A DNA stretch of 64,000 nucleotides, taken from positions 318 through 64,317 of the forward strand of contig DATJXE010000005.1 of the NCBI GenBank assembly GCA_035500505.1, given 5' to 3'. Under the pieces are notes generated by a model. It did not search any database. It was not told the DNA's origin and was given only the letters and a program-made list of their open reading frames with translations. The DNA comes from Minisyncoccota bacterium (GTDB lineage Bacteria > Patescibacteriota > Minisyncoccia > Phycocordibacterales > UBA2100). Positions 48,555-57,726 of the stretch are shown in pieces. The translations under genes were made by a program, and so were the position numbers. Within the stretch, counting starts at the first letter, position 1; the number at the start of each line of letters is the position of its first letter.

Positions 48555-49378
48555 CGTGTCACGAGACGGGCAAATCCGTAGAGTGCGAACGTGATGGCAG
48601 TGATGAAAAAACTGACCGGATACGGAAGGTAGAACGAAATGAAAAGCCCGGCCCATGTCGCGAGAAGCGCGATGAGAACGGAGATGAGCATTCCACTGAA
48701 AGGCCGGCGCGCAAGGCGTGAAGCGATCGCCGCCGGGGTTACCATGAGGGCGAAAATAAGCAGGACCCCCACGACTTGCACGGCTATGGAGGTCGCCGCC
48801 GCGATGAGAAGCATGAAAACTACTCCAACTCCAAAGACCGGTACCCCTTTCGCTTCCGCGACATCTTCATCGAGCGACGAAAAGAGAAGCGGTCGATAGA
48901 GTATCAAGAAGACGACGAGTACGAGGATAGCGGTGATCAACGTCACCCAAACATTCGCAACGCTGATACCGAGTATCTCACCGAAGAGGATCGAATACGC
49001 CTCCGTTGCGTAGCCGCCCCGATAGAGACTGATGAAAAGGACGCCCAAGCCGAGCATGAACGCGAGCACGACGCCTATTTGCACGTCACGGTTCGCGGCA
49101 CGCTTACCAAGCGCGGCCATCAAGAGGGCGCCGGCCATCGTGAAAACGAACAATCCTATTATTGGGTTGAAGCCGAAAAGGACCGCTCCTGCGGCGCCAG
49201 TAAAGCCGGCGTGAGAGAGTCCGTGCGCGGCGAACGACGAGCGTCGCAATACCACGAAATATCCGATGACGCCGGCGATGATGGCGACGATGGTCCCCGC
49301 TTCGAACGCGTGTTGCATGAAATCGTATTGCCACATCGCGACAAAGTCACTCACCAGGTTCCAACTAAAATTATTCAT
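48551..49378 (-). CDS. Zn/Mn ABC transporter permease
   Basis: ABC-3 signature GYFVVLRR...AHGLSHAGFTG, LFGEILG, VGVLLIFALMVTPA. Confidence 0.93.
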   Translation of the reverse strand: MNNFSWNLVSDFVAMWQYDFMQHAFEAGTIVAIIAGVIGYFVVLRRSSFAAHGLSHAGFTGAAGAVLFGFNPIIGLFVFTMAGALLMAALGKRAANRDVQIGVVLAFMLGLGVLFISLYRGGYATEAYSILFGEILGISVANVWVTLITAILVLVVFLILYRPLLFSSLDEDVAEAKGVPVFGVGVVFMLLIAAATSIAVQVVGVLLIFALMVTPAAIASRLARRPFSGMLISVLIALLATWAGLFISFYLPYPVSFFITAITFALYGFARLVTR

Positions 49379-50174
49379 GAGCGTGATGGTGTGTGCCTTC
49401 TTCGGCGCCGACGATGGCGATACGACCACGCGAATCGCGCAGGACTTCGACCGGAGCGTCGTAGAGCTTCGAAAGCGATGCGGAGTTCAACACCTCGCCC
49501 GGCTGCCCTGTGGCGATCCGGCCGTTGGCGACATACATAACGCGATCAAGAGCTGGCAGGAGCGGATTGATGTTATGGGCTATCAAGAGCACGGTTACGC
49601 GCCGCGAATCCACGATACTTTTGATGAGCTGCACCATCTCGCCCTCGCGCCGGATATCAAGGTTTGCCAGAGGTTCATCCAGTAAAAGTAATTCCGGATT
49701 GCCGGCGAGCGCCTGCGCCAAGAACACTCGCTGCAGTTCCCCTCCCGAAAGTTGCCCGAGCGGCCGGTGTGCCAGCCCCTCCGCACCAACCTCACGTAAC
49801 GCCTTGACTGCCTCGATGCGCTCACGCTGTGCCTGTGCAGGAGAATCGAATCCCCATTGTCCCGGACATGCGCCAAGCCGCACGATCTCGAGCGCTTCTA
49901 TTAATATTTCCGGGTCGACGGTGTGACGCTGAGGCACGTACCCTATCCGCACATTTCCCCGCTCCGGCTCTTTTCCGAATACGGAGATCGATCCTTCTGT
50001 GGGTTTCGAAAGGCCGAGTAAGAGCCTGAAAAGCGTCGTTTTTCCCGCGCCGTTTGGGCCCAAAACGGCGACGAACTCTCCTTTGCCGATGGAGAATGTC
50101 GCGCCGCTCCAAACGAGCGAGCCGCCGTAGCCGGCGGCCGCTCCCTTTGCTTCTACGATCGGCTCTCCCACCAT
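49371..50174 (-). CDS. Zn/Mn ABC transporter ATPase
   Basis: GPNGAGKTT, GYVPQ, LSGGELQR, LLLDEP. Confidence 0.94.
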   Translation of the reverse strand: MVGEPIVEAKGAAAGYGGSLVWSGATFSIGKGEFVAVLGPNGAGKTTLFRLLLGLSKPTEGSISVFGKEPERGNVRIGYVPQRHTVDPEILIEALEIVRLGACPGQWGFDSPAQAQRERIEAVKALREVGAEGLAHRPLGQLSGGELQRVFLAQALAGNPELLLLDEPLANLDIRREGEMVQLIKSIVDSRRVTVLLIAHNINPLLPALDRVMYVANGRIATGQPGEVLNSASLSKLYDAPVEVLRDSRGRIAIVGAEEGTHHHAHE

Positions 50175-50185
50175 GTCCGTATATT

Positions 50186-51106
50186 CTAACGCGTTTGTGC
50201 GAGGGCTTGTTGAAGTGCATTCACCTGTGCCCCCATCCAATCCTGGAATTTCGCATCCGGCGGCGAAACGGTCTCCGTCATGCCGACTATCGGTATGTTC
50301 TTGCTCTGTGCCAATTGCTTGAGCGAATCGGTCAGCGGAGTCACCGTCTGCTCGTTGTACAGAAGCACTTTCACCTGGCCGCTCTTGAGCTGGTCTTGGA
50401 AGGTTGCCACGGTCGAAGCAGGCGGGTCGTTGCCGTCGCCGACCGCCTGAATGAAGGCCGGTGGGGTGACGAGATCCAGCCCGGTTGCGTCCGTAAGGTA
50501 GACGAATATGTCTTCCGTCGCAGCAACTTTTACTCCGGCATAATTCTGCTTGATGGACGCGATGGTGTTCTGGTAGCCGGCGAGCGATTGCTGGAGCGTC
50601 GCGTAGTTGGCGCGATAGTCGCTTGCATGCGCGGGGTCGAGCGTTATCAGGTCTTGCTCTATCTGCGCTATCGCTTGATTGACGTAGGCAGGTTGGTACC
50701 ACAAGTGCGGATTGTCTCCGTCTTTTTTCCCGACGAGATCTGCGATCTTCAAAACCTTTATGTTTGGGTTGTCGCTTGAAGCTATCAATTTATCCAACCA
50801 GGTGTCGTAACCGACACCGTTCTCGATAACGTAACCGGCATCTGCGACCGCTTTGGCATCGTCGGACGTCGCTTCGTAATCGTGCGGATCGGCGTTCGGG
50901 TCCGTAACGATGGTCGTGACGGAGATATCCGAGCCTCCTATCTGCGAAACCAGGCTCCCCCAAAAGTTTTCTCCTGCGACGACCTGCAGTTTGCCACTCG
51001 AGGTTTGAGCAGGAATGGTGCTCTTATTCGACTCGACGAGAATGACACCCACGATGGCGATGATAATGACCGCGATAACTATCCAGAGTACTTTCTTTGT
51101 ATACAT
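50186..51106 (-). CDS. Zn/Mn ABC transporter substrate-binding protein
   Basis: DPHDYE, NPHLW, DPAHASDY cluster A-I motifs. Confidence 0.93.
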   Translation of the reverse strand: MYTKKVLWIVIAVIIIAIVGVILVESNKSTIPAQTSSGKLQVVAGENFWGSLVSQIGGSDISVTTIVTDPNADPHDYEATSDDAKAVADAGYVIENGVGYDTWLDKLIASSDNPNIKVLKIADLVGKKDGDNPHLWYQPAYVNQAIAQIEQDLITLDPAHASDYRANYATLQQSLAGYQNTIASIKQNYAGVKVAATEDIFVYLTDATGLDLVTPPAFIQAVGDGNDPPASTVATFQDQLKSGQVKVLLYNEQTVTPLTDSLKQLAQSKNIPIVGMTETVSPPDAKFQDWMGAQVNALQQALAQTR

Positions 51107-51127
51107 ACTTTTACTTCTAATTAATAA

Positions 51128-51544
51128 TTACCTCGCACACGTATTGCACAGGCCGTACAGATCGAATGCGTGGCCCGTGATCTTCTTGAAAGCCTTCGAT
51201 CTTGCGAGAACCTGTTTTTCTACTCGCTCGTGCGTATGTTCGGTAAAGTCCTCGACGCGGCCGCAATCAGTACAGACGATGTGATGATGGTCGTGTTCGT
51301 CCTCGAGCTCGTAGCGCGGATGGTCACCGCGCAGGTTCACCTCGCGGACAACCCCCGCTTTTTTGAAGGCGTCCATCATGCGGTAGACCGTCACTGGATC
51401 GATGGATTTTCTAAGTCCCTCGACTACTTCTTGGATGAGGAGCGGGCGCGTCGTCTTTGCGAGAAAGGAGTGGAGCGCAATGCGTTGTCGGGTCGCCCGA
51501 AATCCCGCGCGGCGCAGTGCTTCTGCTACGTGTTCGTTTTTCAT
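51128..51544 (-). CDS. Fur-family regulator (probable Zur)
   Basis: RATRQR, TVYR, HHHIVCTDCG, YGLCNTC; first gene of the metal ABC operon. Confidence 0.92.
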   Translation of the reverse strand: MKNEHVAEALRRAGFRATRQRIALHSFLAKTTRPLLIQEVVEGLRKSIDPVTVYRMMDAFKKAGVVREVNLRGDHPRYELEDEHDHHHIVCTDCGRVEDFTEHTHERVEKQVLARSKAFKKITGHAFDLYGLCNTCAR

Positions 51545-51563
51545 ACGCCCATACTAATCCACA

Positions 51564-51632
51564 TGCAAATCTTTTGCAAGTACTTGACAGTGGACAAGGA
51601 GTGCGTACGATTGCTCATGCAACTCAATTGCA
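51564..51632. promoter_or_regulatory. Divergent promoter region with two TGCAA-N5-TTGCA palindromes
   Basis: TGCAAATCTTTTGCA 51564-51578 and TGCAACTCAATTGCA 51618-51632; TTGACA 51584 and TACGAT 51606 between them. Confidence 0.72.
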
Positions 51633-51640
51633 ACAAAAAT

Positions 51641-53050
51641 ATGTACTCCCTCATGGTACGCGCAAACATCTTTGGTGCCGTCGTCTGCACAATCCTGTGC
51701 GTGAGCCCTTCGCTCGTCTTCGCGTCTTCCACCCCCTGCCCCTTCGTATGGCCCCGGAACATGGGCCTTGGAAGCACTGGGGCCGACGTACTGAAGTTAC
51801 AGCAGTTCTTGAATCTCGATGGCGAGAGCATAGCTCCATCCGGGCCGGGCTCGTCGGGAGAAGAGACCGACATATACGGAACGCTGACGGCAAAGGCGGT
51901 CTCTTCGTTCCAAATGAAATATGCTTCGCAGGTACTTACCCCGGCAGGCCTCTCTTCCGGTTCAGGCTTCTTCGGAACACGTACTCGGGCGCAGGCCGAT
52001 CAACTTTGTATTTCTCTCTCTGCCTCCCCTTCCGCAAGCGCCGCAGCAGAGAGCCAACCAATTTTGACGGTAACCGCCGCCGGGCAGCCTTCGCCGACCC
52101 TCGCACCTGCAGGCGCCGGCGGCGTACCGTTCACTTCTTTCACGCTTACTGCGGGCGGTTCTGATGAGACCGTGAACAGCGTTACCGTTGAGCGCACGGG
52201 CCCCGGAGAGGACGGGGCTTTCTCGGATGTTGCGCTGAACGATGAGAATGGCGACGCGATCGGTGACACAAAGACCTTCAATGCAGCTCACAAGGTCGTA
52301 TTCGATCAACCCTTCACTATTCCCGCGAACACGTCGGAAACATTCACTGTGACCGGGGACATGGCCGGGGATCTTTCGGCATTTGACGGCGAGATGCCGA
52401 TACTGCAGGTGGATGCTATCGCCGCGTCCGTGCCGGTTTCCGGTTCTTTGCCCATTCAAGGAACCCCGCAAACTCTGAATAATTCGCTTGTCATCGGCGG
52501 AGCACTAGCGTCCCTCTCCCCCTACGACCCAAACGGGCCGACGAATCGTTATATAGGTGACAAGGGAATTATATTTTCCGGCATCCGTGTCACGGCGAAT
52601 TCAACGGAGGACCTGACGCTCTCATCCATTGCATGGGACCAAGCAGGTTCTGCGGGACCTCAAGACATCGCGAACGTCTCCACCATCGTGAACGGTGTTT
52701 CATATCCCACTGAACAGGACGGCCATTCCTACACATCCACATTCACCCCTGGGATCGTTATTCCAAAAGGTCAAACTGTCGACGTCTACATCCGTGGAGA
52801 TCTGGCTTCCACAGGCGCGAATCGCACCGTTGAATTCGACATCGACGATTCGGGCGACATCGCACTTACGGGCAATGCGTACGGTTTCGGAGTCGGCATT
52901 TCACCGGAAGGCGACACGGCCGAAAACGGGAATTCGGTATTTCTCACGAGCGACGGCACGCCGCAAGGCGACGAGGGCCCATCATTCTTCGCAGGCTCCG
53001 TAGCGACCATCAACCCCGGCACACTAATTTCCGTCGGGAACGCACAATAA
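51641..53050 (+). CDS. Secreted peptidoglycan-binding-domain surface protein
   Basis: Signal peptide, LGSTGADVLKLQQFLN...YGTLTAKAVSSFQ...GFFGTRTR PG-binding motif, then a beta-rich region; start could be 51617. Confidence 0.8.
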   Translation: MYSLMVRANIFGAVVCTILCVSPSLVFASSTPCPFVWPRNMGLGSTGADVLKLQQFLNLDGESIAPSGPGSSGEETDIYGTLTAKAVSSFQMKYASQVLTPAGLSSGSGFFGTRTRAQADQLCISLSASPSASAAAESQPILTVTAAGQPSPTLAPAGAGGVPFTSFTLTAGGSDETVNSVTVERTGPGEDGAFSDVALNDENGDAIGDTKTFNAAHKVVFDQPFTIPANTSETFTVTGDMAGDLSAFDGEMPILQVDAIAASVPVSGSLPIQGTPQTLNNSLVIGGALASLSPYDPNGPTNRYIGDKGIIFSGIRVTANSTEDLTLSSIAWDQAGSAGPQDIANVSTIVNGVSYPTEQDGHSYTSTFTPGIVIPKGQTVDVYIRGDLASTGANRTVEFDIDDSGDIALTGNAYGFGVGISPEGDTAENGNSVFLTSDGTPQGDEGPSFFAGSVATINPGTLISVGNAQ

Positions 53051-53061
53051 GTTTCTCCACA

Positions 53062-53089
53062 TATATCAAAAAACGGTTTTTTTGATATA
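53062..53089. terminator. AT-rich hairpin
   Basis: TATATCAAAAAAC-g-GTTTTTTTGATATA. Confidence 0.5.
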
Positions 53090-53100
53090 GTTCGCGCCTA

Positions 53101-53130
53101 CGGGCCGTAGTATACCGGTAGTACGTGCGC
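53101..53130 (+). repeat. Exact 30-nt duplicate of the tRNA-Pro(CGG) 5' end
   Basis: CGGGCCGTAGTATACCGGTAGTACGTGCGC is identical to 53152-53181. Confidence 0.92.
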
Positions 53131-53151
53131 CGTCGGATGGGGATGTTTTGC

Positions 53152-53222
53152 CGGGCCGTAGTATACCGGTAGTACGTGCGCTTCGGGTGCGTAAAGACCG
53201 GGTTCGATTCCCGGCGGCCCGA
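53152..53222 (+). tRNA. tRNA-Pro(CGG)
   Basis: Acceptor CGGGCCG/CGGCCCG, anticodon arm TGCGC-TTCGGGT-GCGTA, GGTTCGATTCC. Confidence 0.93.
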
Positions 53223-53302
53223 CAAAACATTCTCATCCGAAAGAATAATGTGCGGTCGCTCCGCGGAGCGGTGCGACGTTGCCGGTCGTATTGCGGAAGA
53301 GA

Positions 53303-53373
53303 CGGGATGTCGTATAGTGGTAGTACGCAAGCATGGGGTGCTTGTAGCCCGAGTTCGATTCTCGGCATCCCGA
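53303..53373 (+). tRNA. tRNA-Pro(GGG)
   Basis: Acceptor CGGGATG/CATCCCG, anticodon arm CAAGC-ATGGGGT-GCTTG, AGTTCGATTCT. Confidence 0.92.
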
Positions 53374-53437
53374 CAATCCGGAGTTGCTGTAAGGCGGAAA
53401 CCGAGACCCGAAAGGGCCAGGCGTCCGACTTGCGGCC

Positions 53438-53905
53438 ATGAAAAATATATTGCGCTACCCGTTGGCGTTCATCGTCGTCTTCATCGCGGCGGCGCTCGGT
53501 TCGTTTTTTACGTCTTCGGAAATATCCACGTGGTACGCCACGCTCATCAAACCGGATTTCACTCCGCCGAATTGGATCTTCGCTCCCGTCTGGTTCATTT
53601 TATACGTGCTTATGGCGATAGCGCTCGCGCGCATATGGGGACTGGAGCGGAGCGCGGAGCGTAAACGATGGATATGCACGTTCGTCGCGCAGCTGGGATT
53701 CAACGTCCTCTGGTCGTTCCTCTTCTTTTCCTTCCACGGCCTCCTAACGTCCGCCATCGACATCGTTGTTCTATGGTTCGCGGTCGTCATCCTTACGCTG
53801 AATTCGTGGGAACTCGACCATCCGAGTTTTTGGCTCCTCCTCCCCTATGCCGCGTGGGTCACGTTCGCGATGATACTCAACATCGCGCTGTGGTGGATAA
53901 ACTGA
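53438..53905 (+). CDS. tspO: TspO/MBR tryptophan-rich sensory protein
   Basis: WYATLIKPDFTPPNWIFAPVW, LLLPYAAWVTFA..LN. Confidence 0.94.
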   Translation: MKNILRYPLAFIVVFIAAALGSFFTSSEISTWYATLIKPDFTPPNWIFAPVWFILYVLMAIALARIWGLERSAERKRWICTFVAQLGFNVLWSFLFFSFHGLLTSAIDIVVLWFAVVILTLNSWELDHPSFWLLLPYAAWVTFAMILNIALWWIN

Positions 53906-53940
53906 AGAAGGAGGCGCGTTGGCGGCTATACTGAAGGATA

Positions 53941-55053
53941 ATGGTTCGATACCTGCTCGCGGGCGTGTTGACGCTATCGTTTTTTCTCTCTGCGGGCCTC
54001 GCGTATGCCGATGCGAGCCTCAACGATGTGTTCACAGAGCTTGAGCAACTATACGGGCTCCCCTCGGGCATTCTTGGAAAGATTGCGAATGTAGAGAGTG
54101 GCGGGAACGCGACACTCGGGAGTAATTCGAGCAGCGCATATGGAATGTTCCAGTGGACCGCGGCTTCGTGGTACAGCATAACGAAAGTCGCCTACGGCAC
54201 ATCGCTGGACCTCGCGCAGCGCGCCAACCCCGTAACGTCCGCCAAGATGACGGCAATTTCGCTTAAGCAAGCGGAAAACCAGAACGCCTCTCTAATCAAT
54301 CAAGCAAATATCGATCTGACCGTGGGTTTATACCTTTGCCACTTCCTCGGCGCGGGTGGCTGCAATAAATTCTTCCAGTTGTATATCCAGAATCCCAATC
54401 AATCCGCATCTGCCGCGTTCCCTAGAGAAGCGGCGGCAAACCCAACTGTACTGAACGGACGAACACTGGCAGGGGTAGTAAATTATTACTCTCAGAAATT
54501 GAATGGAATTGGAAGTGCAGTAAACGTTGCCGGGAATTTCGCTGATGCGAATGGCATCTCGCTTGCCTACAGCGACGCCGATGTCTCCCCCTCAAGTTTC
54601 ATGTCCTCGAGTTTCGTCCCACCCACACAAGATCCATATCATACGTACCAAACGAATTATTCCGCGTTGCAGCAGACGCAATCGCTCACCCCCTTCACGC
54701 AGTTGAGTCAGCCGCAGCTTACGCCCCAAATAGCGAACATCGGACAACCGGTTCCGGCGGCAGCCAATAACGGCAATACTTCCCAGAGTTCTGGCCCGGT
54801 ACCACCCGCCGCGCTCATTATCGCGCAACCATCGAGCGTGCCGCGCGGGTATAATCTCGTCGTCTCGTGGGCCACGACCGGCATGAGTTCGTGCCAAGTC
54901 TCGCAGCAGGGCGTGCAGATCTCCTTTGCAACGTCGAGTTCGCGGAGCGTGAAGACTTCCTCTATTCAATCCGGAACGGTCACCTTTGTTCTTTCGTGCA
55001 TCGCGCAGTCGGGACAATCCGTTCAACAATCGGCCTCTGCAAGTGTTTTTTAA
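53941..55053 (+). CDS. Secreted lytic-transglycosylase-like protein
   Basis: Signal peptide, IANVESGG, SAYGMFQW, LYLCHFLG.GG; Gln/Ser linker; C-terminal Ig-like domain. Confidence 0.78.
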   Translation: MVRYLLAGVLTLSFFLSAGLAYADASLNDVFTELEQLYGLPSGILGKIANVESGGNATLGSNSSSAYGMFQWTAASWYSITKVAYGTSLDLAQRANPVTSAKMTAISLKQAENQNASLINQANIDLTVGLYLCHFLGAGGCNKFFQLYIQNPNQSASAAFPREAAANPTVLNGRTLAGVVNYYSQKLNGIGSAVNVAGNFADANGISLAYSDADVSPSSFMSSSFVPPTQDPYHTYQTNYSALQQTQSLTPFTQLSQPQLTPQIANIGQPVPAAANNGNTSQSSGPVPPAALIIAQPSSVPRGYNLVVSWATTGMSSCQVSQQGVQISFATSSSRSVKTSSIQSGTVTFVLSCIAQSGQSVQQSASASVF

Positions 55054-55083
55054 ACAAAAAGAAAAGTTATATCATCTCTTTTT

Positions 55084-55154
55084 TGGACCTGAGGGGAATC
55101 GAACCCCTGCCTCCGCAATGCGAATGCGGCGTTTTACCACTGAACTACAGGCCC
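55084..55154 (-). tRNA. tRNA-Ala(CGC)
   Basis: GGGCCTG/CAGGTCC with G3:U70, anticodon arm CCGCA-TTCGCAT-TGCGG. Confidence 0.95.
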
Positions 55155-55199
55155 GTTTAATGCGTGTAAAGAATATACCAAGCGATACGGAGCGTCTAC

Positions 55200-55670
55200 C
55201 TATTTAATGTTCACAATTTTGTACTTCTGCGCACCTTTGGGAGTTTCAAACGAGAACGTGTCCCCTTTCTTTTTATCCATCAAGGCACTGCCGAGCGGCG
55301 AGAGGTGCGATATCTTGTGTTCCTGCATGTTCGCTTCCGCCGAGCCGACGATCTCGTATTTGTGTTCTTCCTTCTCGCCTTGCTTCTGGATGGTCACGAC
55401 GGAGCCGAGCGAGACGACGGAGCCGCCCCTGCCGTGTTCGATAATACGGGCGTGGGAGAGCTGCTCCTCGATGTTGCGGATGCGGTCTTCGGTCGCGGCC
55501 TGAAGGTTGCGAGCTTCTTCATATTCGGCGTTCTCGGAGAGGTCGCCCAAAGAGCGCGCGTATTCAAGCTGTTCGGCGATCTCACGCCGGCGCACGGTCT
55601 TGAGCTGCTCAAGTTCTGCGGTAAGCTCGTCGAATTTTTCCTTGCTCAAGTAGTTCGTTTCGTCGTTCAT
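55200..55670 (-). CDS. greA: Transcription elongation factor GreA
   Basis: ARSLGDLSENAEY, ISHLSPLGSAL. Confidence 0.96.
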   Translation of the reverse strand: MNDETNYLSKEKFDELTAELEQLKTVRRREIAEQLEYARSLGDLSENAEYEEARNLQAATEDRIRNIEEQLSHARIIEHGRGGSVVSLGSVVTIQKQGEKEEHKYEIVGSAEANMQEHKISHLSPLGSALMDKKKGDTFSFETPKGAQKYKIVNIK

Positions 55671-55750
55671 ATTCGATGCGGAAGCATTATACAAGATTTG
55701 CCGCGCGCAACAACACCTGCAAGAGCGTCATTGTAGAGTTGCCCCTTGTT

Positions 55751-57448
55751 TTAATTGGCGTACTGCGGGTTGTTCGCGATCAGCGTTTGGAAGAACGGGA
55801 TCATGCTTGCTTCGGCATTGTGGGTTTCGGTCGAAGGGCCTTTTTCGAGAACGACCGCAAAGGCGTACTTCGGGTCGCTCGCCGGCCAATAGCCGATGAC
55901 CCATGAGTTGACCCATTGGTTGTGGACGCCGATCTGCGCCGTTCCGGTCTTCACGGCGAGTTCGATGCCGGGAATGTCGAGAATATTGTCGATGGCATCC
56001 TTCCGGGTCGACGTTACGGCGAGCCGCATGCCCGCGCGCACGACCGCGAGATCCGAATCTGGTATCGGAATTTGCGTGAATGCCGGGGTCGACGAGGCGA
56101 GCAGTTGTGGCGTCATGAGCTTCCCGCCATTCGCTATCGCGGCGACGTACCGAACGGCCTGTATCGGCGTTATCTGGAACCCGTACTGTCCGATTGCCGT
56201 GTGATACGTATCGCCGAGAAGCCAGGGTTCGTTGGAGCCGAACACGCTCGCTTTCCACTGCGGCGAAGGAACGACGCCGGCCTGTTCGCCCGAAAGCGCA
56301 ATGCCAGTTTTCTCTCCCAGACCAAATTCTTCGGCATACTTGTCGAGTCCCGATACCCCGAGACCGGGCTGGCCCTGGTAGCCGCCGCCTATCGTGTAGA
56401 AATATTCGTCGGAGGAAACCGCGATCGCCGTTTCCATGTCGATGGGGCCGTGCACCGTCCAGTCGTTAAAGATGCTCGGTTGATCCGGGTTGAAGGGGTT
56501 GGGTATCGTGATATGCCCCGTCGACACGATGATCTTGTCGGGCGTGATGATGCCGGCATCGAGCGCGCCGGCAGCGAATATCGTTTTGACGATGGAACCT
56601 GGCGCGTACAAACCGCCGACCGCGCGGTCGAGGAGCGGAGAATTCGGATTGGCATTGGCAGCGGCGATGGCATCGCTCCCCTGTTGGAACGCATTGTTGT
56701 CGTATTCCGGGAAACTCGTGAGTGCGAGAAGCTGTCCCGTCCGCACGTCCATGATGAGGCCCGCGCCGCCGACGAATCCGTCAACATGCGCGCCGTTCAC
56801 TATCGCCGTGTAAAGCTCGCGCTGCAGGTCCGCGTCGATCGAGAGCGTAAGGTTGTCGCCGTTCACCGGCGGCGAAACGATGTCGGAGCGCACGGGATGA
56901 CCCTTGGCATCGGTCTCAAGCATTTGCGCGCCGTTTTGTCCCTGGAGCAGCGAATTATACGTGAGTTCGACGCCGGACACGCCGGCGTAGTTCTCTCGCC
57001 ACCAGGCGCCGTTCTGGTCCTGTTTCGGGTACGTAACGAATCCGAGGAGGACGGAAAAGCCGGGAGAATCGATGTATTGCCTGAGCGCGTACGGCTTCGT
57101 CGTCGTGCCGTTCTGCTCGGGCGCAGCGACGTTCCACGCGAGCTCTTTTCCGTTCCTATCGTAAATGATGCCGCGCTGTGCGAACACGATGTCGCTTTCG
57201 AGCGTATTTTTGAGGGAGATGTCCGCGTAGGTCGCGCCGCGCGCGATCTGCAGCTCGAACGCCCGCGCGCCGAACGCGAGTGCTATGGCGAGGAACACGA
57301 CGCCCACTCCGGCGATCGCGCGCCGATGCATCGGCCGCTCGACGCGACCTTCGAACTGGCTCATCTCGTGGCCGGGTAAGTTGGAGGAGTCGAGAAAGAT
57401 TTCCTCGGGGGCGATCTCGTGGATCTTCACGCGCTTTTTTCCGAACAT
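55751..57448 (-). CDS. mrdA: Penicillin-binding protein 2
   Basis: RGIIYDRNG, PGSIVK (SxxK), SSD, KTGTAQ; downstream of mreBC. Confidence 0.9.
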   Translation of the reverse strand: MFGKKRVKIHEIAPEEIFLDSSNLPGHEMSQFEGRVERPMHRRAIAGVGVVFLAIALAFGARAFELQIARGATYADISLKNTLESDIVFAQRGIIYDRNGKELAWNVAAPEQNGTTTKPYALRQYIDSPGFSVLLGFVTYPKQDQNGAWWRENYAGVSGVELTYNSLLQGQNGAQMLETDAKGHPVRSDIVSPPVNGDNLTLSIDADLQRELYTAIVNGAHVDGFVGGAGLIMDVRTGQLLALTSFPEYDNNAFQQGSDAIAAANANPNSPLLDRAVGGLYAPGSIVKTIFAAGALDAGIITPDKIIVSTGHITIPNPFNPDQPSIFNDWTVHGPIDMETAIAVSSDEYFYTIGGGYQGQPGLGVSGLDKYAEEFGLGEKTGIALSGEQAGVVPSPQWKASVFGSNEPWLLGDTYHTAIGQYGFQITPIQAVRYVAAIANGGKLMTPQLLASSTPAFTQIPIPDSDLAVVRAGMRLAVTSTRKDAIDNILDIPGIELAVKTGTAQIGVHNQWVNSWVIGYWPASDPKYAFAVVLEKGPSTETHNAEASMIPFFQTLIANNPQYAN

Positions 57449-57471
57449 GCGCGCACTATACCAAAGACGCG

Positions 57472-57726
57472 CTACGCGAGGAATTCGCTCCGCAACGGTT
57501 CGAAGGCCCACACGACGACTATCGCGCCGATCGTGAATACGGGAAGTCCGTGAAAAAGAGAGTCCGGCGAAAGCCACAAGAGGTCCATGAAGACCCCGAT
57601 CACAATGGCTTCCCACGCACGGAAACGCAGCGCGAGCAGAAAAATACAGGCGGCCGGGATGAACCACGGCAGCCATATGGCGCCGAGAAAGCCGACAACC
57701 CCGATAGCGATGCGAAGGTAGGTCAT
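57472..57726 (-). CDS. Small membrane protein in the mreD position
   Basis: 84 aa, hydrophobic, G.FMDL motif; between mreC and pbp2. Confidence 0.6.
   Translation of the reverse strand: MTYLRIAIGVVGFLGAIWLPWFIPAACIFLLALRFRAWEAIVIGVFMDLLWLSPDSLFHGLPVFTIGAIVVVWAFEPLRSEFLA

Noticed and set aside
51170-51616. N-terminal extension of the 626-aa ORF, and similar extensions on gltX, the ABC ATPase, pbp2 and the ATP-cone gene
   Set aside because: They overlap real neighbouring genes; downstream ATGs fit motifs and promoter spacing better.
53101-53181. 30-nt direct repeat as a mini CRISPR array
   Set aside because: There are only two copies, and the second is the 5' part of a complete tRNA.
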